A DNA stretch of 64,000 nt, from NCBI GenBank assembly GCA_051656605.1, contig JBOGCF010000015.1, positions 19,527-83,526 of the forward strand, read 5' to 3'. Shown piece by piece: positions 9,401 through 17,359 of this stretch. Both the position numbers and the translations under genes were made by a program. The notes beneath the pieces are model-generated. The model had not been told where the DNA came from and searched no databases. It worked only from the letters and a program-made list of their open reading frames with translations. Origin of the DNA: Tannerellaceae bacterium (GTDB lineage Bacteria > Bacteroidota > Bacteroidia > Bacteroidales > CAMTPD01). Within the stretch, counting starts at the first letter, position 1. Each line of letters starts with the position of its first letter.

Positions 9401-10687
9401 ATGAAGGACGATCAGTTTAATGATATATTTAAAACTAAATTGGAGAACTTCGAAATGGATGATTTTCCAATTGACGGATGGGAACAAATAGAAACTAAGT
9501 TGCCTAAAGGTAACGTACGTTCTGTTTGGTTTACACCTATGCGTATTGCTGCAGCTTTACTTATTGGAGTTTTAGTTACAGCTTCAGTCTTTTATCTACA
9601 CAATACAACACAACCAACAACAAGTTCAGCTTTACTTGTTGCAGCAGCAGATAGTGATGCTTTTGCAGATACAGAAGAGTCTCTATTAGAAGCGTCTATT
9701 TCTACAGATACTCAAAATGACGTTCCATCAAGCGCCTCGGTAAAAGCTATTGTTGCTAAAGTAGATCAAATGCATCAGCCGGCAAAGAAATCAGACGTAA
9801 TGTTGGCTGTTACAGAAGAAAAGCAAACAGCAAAAAACATTCAGATTGCACAAAGTGAGAGTATGCAGGTAGAAGAAACTTTATCTGAAACGGAAATAGA
9901 TGCGTTGAATGATCAGGTTTCGAAAAAGCCAAGAAGTGAGTCTAATGAGCGTGCTTACACAAAATCATTACGTTCTAAGGATGAATCAAGAACATTGTCC
10001 TATCATACTTCGAGTCGCAAAATAGATGATAAAAAGTGGGGCTTTGGATGTGGAGCCGGTGCTTTTGCCAGTCAATCGGGAAGTAGTTTAGGTATGTATA
10101 CATTCAAGAATAGTAGACATGCAGATAAGAATCTGATGTTGATGAATGCAGCATCCTTTTCAAATCAGATACCTCGTAGTGAGATTGATCATCATACCCC
10201 ATTATCGGTAGGATTATCAGTTAGTAGACGATTAAATGATCGTTTTGCTTTGCAAAGTGGATTGGTTTATTCATATTTAGCCTCTGATTGGAAAACCAAT
10301 GGAGTACACCATACCAAGACCAAACAAAGTTTGCATTTTATCGGAGTGCCTATTTCTGTGGTTTATAAAATTGCTGAATGGAACAAGTTCCTTCTTTATG
10401 CATCTGCCGGAGGTATGTGTGAGTTGAATGTAAAAGGAAATTTGCGCTATAAATACTATAATAATGAAGAGTTGCTGTCGGAAACAAATGAAGGCGTTAG
10501 AATGGCAGAACCTTATTGGTCTGTGAATGCTAAAGCCGGCGTTAGCTACCCTCTGGTAAAGTTTGTAAGCTTATATGTAGAAGCTGGAGCTGACTATTAC
10601 TTTAAGAATAATAGCGACATTGAAACGATTAGAACAGAAAAACCAGCCAATTTTGATTTTCAATTCGGATTGCGTTTTGGTTTGTAA
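9401..10687 (+). CDS. single-pass membrane protein with C-terminal outer-membrane beta-barrel-like domain (putative anti-sigma partner)
   Basis: Starts 41 nt after the sigma gene. Short N-terminus, TM helix MRIAAALLIGVLVTASVFYL, a ~190-aa low-complexity linker, then alternating-hydrophobic strands ending FQFGLRFGL. Confidence 0.6.
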   Translation: MKDDQFNDIFKTKLENFEMDDFPIDGWEQIETKLPKGNVRSVWFTPMRIAAALLIGVLVTASVFYLHNTTQPTTSSALLVAAADSDAFADTEESLLEASISTDTQNDVPSSASVKAIVAKVDQMHQPAKKSDVMLAVTEEKQTAKNIQIAQSESMQVEETLSETEIDALNDQVSKKPRSESNERAYTKSLRSKDESRTLSYHTSSRKIDDKKWGFGCGAGAFASQSGSSLGMYTFKNSRHADKNLMLMNAASFSNQIPRSEIDHHTPLSVGLSVSRRLNDRFALQSGLVYSYLASDWKTNGVHHTKTKQSLHFIGVPISVVYKIAEWNKFLLYASAGGMCELNVKGNLRYKYYNNEELLSETNEGVRMAEPYWSVNAKAGVSYPLVKFVSLYVEAGADYYFKNNSDIETIRTEKPANFDFQFGLRFGL

Positions 10688-10725
10688 TTTAATACCATAA
10701 GAACTAATAATTAATAACTAGAAAG

Positions 10726-11523
10726 ATGAAAACGATTAATGCTTATTTGTCAGTTGCTATGGCAACACTATCCCTTTCATTGACTTCTTGTCTTGGAAAC
10801 GGAAAAAATGAAATTTCTCTGCCACAGCAGGCATGTGTGATTGTAAATGATCCTACAACTTTCCAAAAAGTTGCACAGATTCAAGGGGGAACACTTCTTA
10901 CATCAACAGCACTTAATAATCAGCCTAGTATTGTAGAAGGATCTTGCTGGTTGTTTGATATTACTGTGAATTTTGACGATCAACCGCAGGGAGCTAAAGC
11001 CTTAACTGCAACGATGACACAACCAATCTATGTTGAAGATAAACAAATGTATAACGGCGATAGTACAGGTACCGGTGGTTATAACCAAATAATCTCAGAT
11101 GCTGTAGCTTATCAATATATTAAGACAGAAAATAAAGGTGATATGCTTTTTGTTGTAGCTCGTAGCAAAGAGGCTCAAAAACAAGTAAACGAGTATGAGC
11201 TTATCTTTGATCAAAGCTCAGAAGGCACCGATGTAGGTGGATATAAAGTCTTTAATATGTACTTGCGTTCTCGCGTTAAAACACAAGGCGAGCCTAATGA
11301 TCTTTTAGTAGAAAAAGGTACACCTGCAGCTTTCAATATCTCATCGTTTATGCGAACAAAAGGAGAAGCTTTGCAAGCAGAAGGGCATGAGCTAATCGGT
11401 GTTCGCTTGTTGTATGTAAACAAAACAGATACATTAGCAGATGGTACAGTTAATTATCTGTTTACAGCTCCGTCAAATGTTCAATATAAACTTATTCCTC
11501 TTCCTAAAAAAGAAGAAAAATAA
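10726..11523 (+). CDS. hypothetical lipoprotein
   Basis: Signal peptide with lipobox LSLTSC. Third gene of the sigma operon, followed by a terminator at 11595-11644. Confidence 0.6.
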   Translation: MKTINAYLSVAMATLSLSLTSCLGNGKNEISLPQQACVIVNDPTTFQKVAQIQGGTLLTSTALNNQPSIVEGSCWLFDITVNFDDQPQGAKALTATMTQPIYVEDKQMYNGDSTGTGGYNQIISDAVAYQYIKTENKGDMLFVVARSKEAQKQVNEYELIFDQSSEGTDVGGYKVFNMYLRSRVKTQGEPNDLLVEKGTPAAFNISSFMRTKGEALQAEGHELIGVRLLYVNKTDTLADGTVNYLFTAPSNVQYKLIPLPKKEEK

Positions 11524-11594
11524 GAATTTACTTTTCTGATAATAATAACTTCTGTTGTTATGACGAAAGATTTTTCGGAATAAGAAGTTTGTTT

Positions 11595-11644
11595 AAAGTC
11601 CTTTCGGTGATGAAGCTTGATTGCTTTCCGAAAGGACTTTTTTG
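11595..11644 (+). terminator. rho-independent terminator after the sigma-operon lipoprotein
   Basis: AAAGTCCTTTCGG ... CCGAAAGGACTTT 13-bp stem followed by TTTT. Confidence 0.8.
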
Positions 11645-11724
11645 TAAAGTAGTCTGTGTTATCTGTTTTTGATGCAATTTGTATTTATTATAAATATGAA
11701 GTTTGTTTTGTTGTTGTAGCTGCT

Positions 11725-11732
11725 TATCTTTG
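11725..11732 (+). promoter_or_regulatory. TAnnTTTG motif upstream of the ferredoxin gene
   Basis: TATCTTTG, 84 nt upstream of the ATG. It is flanked by two copies of TTATCTGTTTT (near 11658 and 11748). Confidence 0.35.
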
Positions 11733-11815
11733 AACAACTGTTTTAGTTTATCTGTTTTCTAAAAGAAAATTAGGAGATCAGTCAATTAATAATTAACTAA
11801 TAATATACTACGATT

Positions 11816-12001
11816 ATGGCAATAAATAAGGTTTGGATCGAAGAAGGATGCATCAGCTGTGGTAACTGTGAAGCAATTTGTCCGGAAGTATTTCAAGTAA
11901 ATGATGTATCTGAAGTGCAGGATGTTGACTTCAATGCATACGAAGATCAAATCAAGGAAGCTGCAGAGAGCTGTCCTGTAGATGTAATTCGTTACGAATA
12001 A
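11816..12001 (+). CDS. small single-cluster 4Fe-4S ferredoxin
   Basis: 61 aa with CISCGNCEAICPEVF plus a distal CPVDVI, the CxxCxxC...CP pattern of mono-cluster ferredoxins. Has its own terminator. Confidence 0.8.
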   Translation: MAINKVWIEEGCISCGNCEAICPEVFQVNDVSEVQDVDFNAYEDQIKEAAESCPVDVIRYE

Positions 12002-12023
12002 TAGCTTTATAATAGTTAGAAAA

Positions 12024-12058
12024 AAACGGTGCTCAGATAATCTGGGTGCCGTTTTTTT
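12024..12058 (+). terminator. rho-independent terminator after the ferredoxin gene
   Basis: ACGGTGCTCAGA / TCTGGGTGCCGT stem (with G-U pairs) followed by TTTTTTT. Confidence 0.7.
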
Positions 12059-12143
12059 GTTTTACACAACAAATACACACTTTAGTGTGTTGTTTGGCAT
12101 TCTTCTTTCGGTGATCTTTGCACTCGATAAATAAAGATAACCA

Positions 12144-12902
12144 ATGCAAAAGCGATATAATAGAAATAGGATCTATTTGTCTGACGAGAATCAGAAGCAA
12201 ATACAAGACTTTAAGATTTTGCTCGGCGGAGCAGGAATTGGAAGTGTTGTTGCCGAATGCGCATTGAGATTAGGGTTTGAGAACATTACGATCGTAGACG
12301 GAGATGTTGTCGAAGAGTCGAATCTAAACAGGCAAGATTATGAAATGTCTGATTTGGGTAGATCTAAGGCAGAAGCATTGAAGGATCGATTGCTGCGGAT
12401 TAATCCGGAAGCAAATATTCGGGCAATTCATGCATTCTTGGATGAAAAGAATATGACAGATATTGTGCCGGGACATGATGTGGCAATCAACGCGCTGGAC
12501 TTTAAAGACAGAGTGCCTTTCGAGTTTGATAAGCTATTGGCAAAAGAAGGTGTTGCTGTAATTCATCCGTACAATATCGGGTTTGGAGGTTTGGCAATTG
12601 TGGTAAAACCTGAAAGTAGCTCTTTGAATGAGATATCAGACAAAGCGTTAGGCTTTGAAAAGAAAGTAGTAGAATACGTATCCGATTATTTTAAGTATTG
12701 GGCAGCCCCAAAACTTTGGATTGAGAACGTACTACGAGCATACGAGCGTGAAGAAGGAGCTTTGCCCCCGCCACAGTTACCCATTGCTTCATGGATCGTA
12801 GGCGGAATGTGTACAGATATTCTGTTCAGACTTGCCACCGGCAAGTTTGTAAAGACATTCCCCAAGTTTTATTATTACTCGGCGGGAGATGATTTATGTT
12901 AA
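12144..12902 (+). CDS. ThiF/MoeB/HesA-family (E1-like) adenylyltransferase
   Basis: Rossmann motif LLGGAGIGSVVAECALRLG followed by IVDGDVVEESNLNRQ. Short form of 252 aa, with no CxxC zinc motifs and no rhodanese or peptide-clamp domain. Confidence 0.8.
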   Translation: MQKRYNRNRIYLSDENQKQIQDFKILLGGAGIGSVVAECALRLGFENITIVDGDVVEESNLNRQDYEMSDLGRSKAEALKDRLLRINPEANIRAIHAFLDEKNMTDIVPGHDVAINALDFKDRVPFEFDKLLAKEGVAVIHPYNIGFGGLAIVVKPESSSLNEISDKALGFEKKVVEYVSDYFKYWAAPKLWIENVLRAYEREEGALPPPQLPIASWIVGGMCTDILFRLATGKFVKTFPKFYYYSAGDDLC

Positions 12903-12906
12903 GGGT

Positions 12907-13695
12907 TCAGATTAGTTTGTGCAGAGTCACATAGGCTATAGCTTCAGAAATATTTCCGACGTTTAATTTCTGAAATAAAGTTTTGCGATAGCCTTTTACA
13001 GTGTCTACTGCCTTATTCATGCGCTGCGCTATTTCTTGAAGGGAGTAGCCCTGATTCGCGAGACGGATTACTGTCTTCTCGGTTTCGGTAAGCGTGTATT
13101 GTTTTTCTTCATTCCATCGTTTTCCAATTAGACTGTACGTCCACTTGAGCGGGTGGCCTTTGCACGTGATGTGTATATCGCCAACCCCAGAGTTGGACGC
13201 GAGAGAAACGGCACAGAGACCAAGCCAGATTTTGCCGTCCGGTGCTAACTTAAGAGGAGTAAGTTTCTGATTAACGAGAACTTTTTCTTGAGTTTGACTG
13301 TGTATGAGATGAAAGTTATAAGAGATTGTATAGAACGTTCGTTCTTCGATACTGATGTTTTCAAAAAAGCTGAAACCGGCTTGATTGATTTCGAGAAGTA
13401 AGCTAAGGTCTTCCTTTGCTACATGTTTGAAATAAAAGTCATACCCTAAAGCTTTGACCTCTTCGACCGACAATCCGCAAAGAAACAAAGGATTGTCCGA
13501 AACGTACAAAAAGTTACGTTTATAGTAGTCGATAATGTATACTGAATGGTATGTTGTTCGGGCATAAGCCTCAATAGCTTCAAGATAAGGAGTTACTTGA
13601 GAATAAGCTTTGTCAGGCATTGTAAACAAGCTGTTCTGTTTGATGAAAAAGGCTGATTTGCTTGTGTTTTGCTGTTGACCTGAAAGTATATGCAT
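12907..13695 (-). CDS. LuxR-family transcriptional regulator with PAS-like N-terminal domain
   Basis: C-terminal HTH LTETEKTVIRLANQGYSLQEIAQRMNKAVDTVKGYRKTLFQKLNV is GerE/LuxR type. The ~170-aa N-terminal region is sensor-like. An alternative start is M26 at 13620. Confidence 0.8.
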   Translation of the reverse strand: MHILSGQQQNTSKSAFFIKQNSLFTMPDKAYSQVTPYLEAIEAYARTTYHSVYIIDYYKRNFLYVSDNPLFLCGLSVEEVKALGYDFYFKHVAKEDLSLLLEINQAGFSFFENISIEERTFYTISYNFHLIHSQTQEKVLVNQKLTPLKLAPDGKIWLGLCAVSLASNSGVGDIHITCKGHPLKWTYSLIGKRWNEEKQYTLTETEKTVIRLANQGYSLQEIAQRMNKAVDTVKGYRKTLFQKLNVGNISEAIAYVTLHKLI

Positions 13696-13762
13696 GGCGT
13701 TAGGTGCGTTTATTTATCTTGACTGATAGATGGTTATGTGATAATGATACTGCAATAAAACA

Positions 13763-14530
13763 ATGCAGAAGCGTATAATTACTAATATTATGGACAAATA
13801 TATTACAAGAATAGGGAATTTTAGCTTTTGGAAGCTATCAAAAGAAAATCTTTTTTCGTTGGCCGAGTTTGTTGTAAAAGAGAATTACACACATCATGGA
13901 GTAGGAGTGAGCACAGCCGAAGAGATACGTGCAGAGGTTGAGATGGTGTATTTTGAAGAGTGCATGAACTATGATAATTCGGCTATTATAGTAGCAAAAG
14001 ATGAAAAAGAGACTATTGTGGGAACCATACGTGTTATGAAATGGAATGGTTGCACACAGTTGCCGCTGACCAAGATGTTTGGAGACGAATTGCTTCAACA
14101 AGAAGATTTGAATCTGAATGCTTACGAGCACAAATGGCATATCGGGCGTTTTGCCGTGAAAAAAGACATACAAGACGGAAAGCAATCAATGACTCTGTTT
14201 AGGATATTAATGGTGTATGCCATAAGTCCGATATTCAGATACAACGACGGGGTGTTGTTTGCCGAGTGCGATAAAAAGCTTCTAAGGGTAATGCGGTTGA
14301 TGCGTATTGAGGCGCACAACATGCATGACGGGATATACTATTTGGGATCGGAAACGATACCGGTATATATAACCCGAAGCGGACTGACATCTTTCTTACT
14401 GTCAAATGTTGCTTTGACACTTAATATTGATGTTGAGTCAGGCTATGAAAAGCAATATCAGGCAAAGGACTCCGAGAGTCGGACCGTAAAACAAGACAAA
14501 GCTTATATGCAGGCGGCGATGGTATCATGA
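13763..14530 (+). CDS. GNAT-superfamily protein resembling the autoinducer-synthase / N-acyl-amino-acid-synthase branch
   Basis: 255 aa, divergent from the LuxR gene. Core strand KWHIGRFAVKKD resembles the E-x-S-R-F-A-V strand of LuxI/FeeM-type enzymes. The assignment is by eye only. Confidence 0.5.
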   Translation: MQKRIITNIMDKYITRIGNFSFWKLSKENLFSLAEFVVKENYTHHGVGVSTAEEIRAEVEMVYFEECMNYDNSAIIVAKDEKETIVGTIRVMKWNGCTQLPLTKMFGDELLQQEDLNLNAYEHKWHIGRFAVKKDIQDGKQSMTLFRILMVYAISPIFRYNDGVLFAECDKKLLRVMRLMRIEAHNMHDGIYYLGSETIPVYITRSGLTSFLLSNVALTLNIDVESGYEKQYQAKDSESRTVKQDKAYMQAAMVS

Positions 14531-14728
14531 TTACACTTCGCACGATGCGGTAAGCGCGTGGTTAAGATGTTTTCAAACCATATATATATCATTGCCAAGA
14601 GCAATTAAAAAATAACACGAAATGAAGCAGTTGTATGCAAGTACACATTTGATCCGACTTGTTCGGTGCTGTGCTTTCTTAACAAACTTGTGTTAGCAGA
14701 TTAAAAGAGAAATAAACCATTGCATTAA

Positions 14729-14768
14729 CCGGACGAGGATGTCAGTACAAGTTCCTCTTCCGGTTTTT
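14729..14768 (+). terminator. rho-independent terminator 200 nt downstream of the GNAT-like gene
   Basis: CCGGACGAGGA ... TCCTCTTCCGG (one mismatch) followed by TTTTT. Confidence 0.65.
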
Positions 14769-14877
14769 GTATTCTATATACTACAGAAGCTTACTTTGGA
14801 AGTGAGTGTTTAAACACCAGTTCGTGAATTTTGCCGACACAAAATCCTTTTTTTGTCATAAACTAATGTTTTTTTTA

Positions 14878-14885
14878 TACTTTTG
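14878..14885 (+). promoter_or_regulatory. TAnnTTTG motif upstream of the nucleotidyltransferase gene
   Basis: TACTTTTG, 40 nt upstream of the ATG at 14925. Confidence 0.4.
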
Positions 14886-14924
14886 TGCCTATTAGAAACT
14901 GAATTATCAAAATATTAATAAAGT

Positions 14925-15827
14925 ATGAAACCTACATTGTTTGTATTGGCTGCCGGTATGGGTAGCCGTTATGGCGGTCTTAAACAAATGGACGGACTAG
15001 GTCCTAACGGAGAAACTATTATGGACTACTCTATCTATGATGCTGTAAGAGCAGGATTTGGTAAAGTAGTATTCGTTATTCGCCACAGCTTCGAAGAAGA
15101 CTTCCGCGGCAAAATCATCTCAAAATACGAAAATATTATTCCGGTAGAAGTAGTATTCCAAGAATTGGATTACCTACCAGAAGGTATCGTATTGAACCCG
15201 GAGCGCGTAAAACCTTGGGGTACAAACCATGCAGTTTTGATGGGTAAAGATGTTATCAAGGAACCATTTGCGGTAATTAATGCTGACGACTTCTATGGTA
15301 AAGAAAGCTACCAAATCCTTGCAGACTATCTTACAAAACTAAATGGTCAAATGAACGACTACTGTATGGTAGGTTATCGTTTGGGCAATACATTGAGCGA
15401 AAGCGGTGCTGTAGCACGTGGTGTTTGCGAAACAAACGAAGAAGGTTACCTTACAGGTGTAGTTGAGCGCACACACATTGAGCGTGTCGATGGCAAAATC
15501 ATGTTTAAAGACGAAGAAGGTCAGTTTGTAGAAGTTGCAGACAACACACCTGTTTCAATGAACATGTGGGGCTTCACTCCAGACTATTTTAAATATTCTG
15601 AAGACTTCTTCATTCAGTTCTTGAAAGAGAATGCAGACAACATCAAAGCAGAATACTTCATTCCTTTGATGGTAAACCACTTGATTACAAAAGATCAAGC
15701 TAAATGTAGAGTATTAGATACTCCATCAAAATGGTTCGGTGTAACATATGCTGCAGACCGTGATGGTGTAGTTGCTAAAATCAACGCATTGGTTGAAGCT
15801 GGCGAATATCCTGCAAAACTTTTCTAA
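14925..15827 (+). CDS. sugar-phosphate nucleotidyltransferase-fold protein
   Basis: N-terminal LAAGMGSRYGGLKQ is a G-x-G-x-R NTP-transferase signature. INADDFYG follows later. 300 aa. Confidence 0.8.
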   Translation: MKPTLFVLAAGMGSRYGGLKQMDGLGPNGETIMDYSIYDAVRAGFGKVVFVIRHSFEEDFRGKIISKYENIIPVEVVFQELDYLPEGIVLNPERVKPWGTNHAVLMGKDVIKEPFAVINADDFYGKESYQILADYLTKLNGQMNDYCMVGYRLGNTLSESGAVARGVCETNEEGYLTGVVERTHIERVDGKIMFKDEEGQFVEVADNTPVSMNMWGFTPDYFKYSEDFFIQFLKENADNIKAEYFIPLMVNHLITKDQAKCRVLDTPSKWFGVTYAADRDGVVAKINALVEAGEYPAKLF

Positions 15828-15862
15828 TCTGAAGTAAAGCAATTTACCATACGATATACTAA

Positions 15863-15902
15863 AAAGAGTATTTTGACCTAGTGTCGGAATGCTCTTTTTT
15901 TG
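15863..15902 (+). terminator. rho-independent terminator after the nucleotidyltransferase gene
   Basis: AAAGAGTATT ... AATGCTCTTT stem followed by TTTTTTT. Confidence 0.65.
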
Positions 15903-16015
15903 TTTCTTTTTCGATATACCCACAACAAATCTATCCGAAACACGATATAGTAATAAGCAACTGTTGTAGAGTTGATAAAATCACTACATTTGCATATTAA
16001 ATTCTTGGCATTATC

Positions 16016-17131
16016 ATGAAGCAAATTATTGTTTTTGTTTTGTTTATGTTGGCTGCCACCACGATGAAGGCAGCAGAAGAGTCTTTTTCTTTGACTCGAG
16101 ACAATGGTGCATTAAAGGGAACAATGGTGATTCCCGAAGATTTCGATTTTGGTCCGGTTGCCTTGCTTATACCCGGTATGGGAGCTATGGATCGTGACGG
16201 AAATTTGCCCGATAACTTAAACTATTCCTTGAAAGTATTGGCCGATGAGCTAGCCAAAAACGGAATTGCAAGCTTGCGCTATGACAAGCGCGGAGTAGGA
16301 GAGAGCAAAGAGTTGGCTCCAACTCCCGAAGCGTTGAATTTCGACGATTATGTACTCGATGCGAAAGCATTGATCGATTCGCTTACAGCCTCAAAACAGT
16401 TTGCCCAGATCTTTGTGATCGGATACAGCGAAGGATCGTTGGTGGGGATGATTGCAAGTCAGAACAATCCCGATGTAAGCGGTTTCGTATCCATTGATGG
16501 AGCAGGACGTCCGGCCGATCAAATCTTAAAACTTCAACTAGCGAATAAGGTTGAGGAAGTAACGAGGAAGAAAAAGTCGATAGGAGGTTTGGTGGCAGGA
16601 GCAAAGAATCTTGTAAAACAAATCGACACGTTGTCTATCGAAGATGTAGGAGATCAGTTAAATACCAAGCTGGTAAACGAAGTCGACAAGCAAAAGGCTC
16701 AAGCAAAAGCTAAAATAGACTCGAAAGTAAACGACGCTGTAAATACGGCAACTCACACAGCCGATTTGCTGGTACAAGGCAAGACAACCGAAGCGCTTAC
16801 ACCAATTGCGCAAAGCATGGTGCGATCGGCCATGAAGCCTTACTTCTTGTCTTGGATCAAATACGACCCGCAAGCGGAGATTAAGAAACTAGATATGCCA
16901 ACTTTGATCGTACAAACAAAGGTTTGCAATATGGTTTCCGATAAAGATGCCGAGATGTTGTCGATCGGAAACCCGTATGCGTCCAAGTTAATTCTCAACA
17001 GTGCAAACTTTGTTGTCAAAGAAGCTACGGGAGTTGATGTGTTGGAGCAAACCAAAAAGAACGAGATCCCGGTGCTTGCCGTAAACGACGACTTGGTAAA
17101 AGGATTGGTTGATTTTATCATTCCTTCGTAA
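16016..17131 (+). CDS. secreted alpha/beta hydrolase
   Basis: Signal peptide, nucleophile elbow GYSEGS (GxSxG), and a large Lys/Ala-rich cap insertion. Confidence 0.8.
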   Translation: MKQIIVFVLFMLAATTMKAAEESFSLTRDNGALKGTMVIPEDFDFGPVALLIPGMGAMDRDGNLPDNLNYSLKVLADELAKNGIASLRYDKRGVGESKELAPTPEALNFDDYVLDAKALIDSLTASKQFAQIFVIGYSEGSLVGMIASQNNPDVSGFVSIDGAGRPADQILKLQLANKVEEVTRKKKSIGGLVAGAKNLVKQIDTLSIEDVGDQLNTKLVNEVDKQKAQAKAKIDSKVNDAVNTATHTADLLVQGKTTEALTPIAQSMVRSAMKPYFLSWIKYDPQAEIKKLDMPTLIVQTKVCNMVSDKDAEMLSIGNPYASKLILNSANFVVKEATGVDVLEQTKKNEIPVLAVNDDLVKGLVDFIIPS

Positions 17132-17221
17132 CAAGACCGATCACTCTTTTTGTGGTTCTTGTCAAAAAGATCCCTGGATGATACGGCTTATTGTAAATAA
17201 CAATAAGAAAATCCTAATAAA

Positions 17222-17268
17222 GAAGCGTTGTGATGTGTGTAGGGTATACACGTTGCAACGCTTTTCTT
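17222..17268 (+). terminator. hairpin terminator after the alpha/beta hydrolase gene
   Basis: GAAGCGTTG ... CAACGCTT with an inner TGTGTGTA/TATACACG extension, followed by TTTCTT. Confidence 0.55.
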
Positions 17269-17359
17269 AACTCGCTTACGTTGTCTTGCGAAGCAATGAC
17301 TGTATAATCGGCGGCAAATAACAGCGTCAGAGAGAAACAACGCTCATCAAGTACGATTT

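Noticed and set aside
12002-12902. ThiF-like gene as part of a ubiquitin-like conjugation/defence system (Bil/CBASS-Cap2 type), or an MccB-type peptide-adenylating RiPP system.
   Set aside because: No ubiquitin-like, E2, JAB or cyclase genes are nearby. The protein lacks an N-terminal peptide-clamp domain. The 142-nt upstream region contains no ATG-initiated mini-ORF ending in Asn. It is kept only as an orphan E1-like enzyme.
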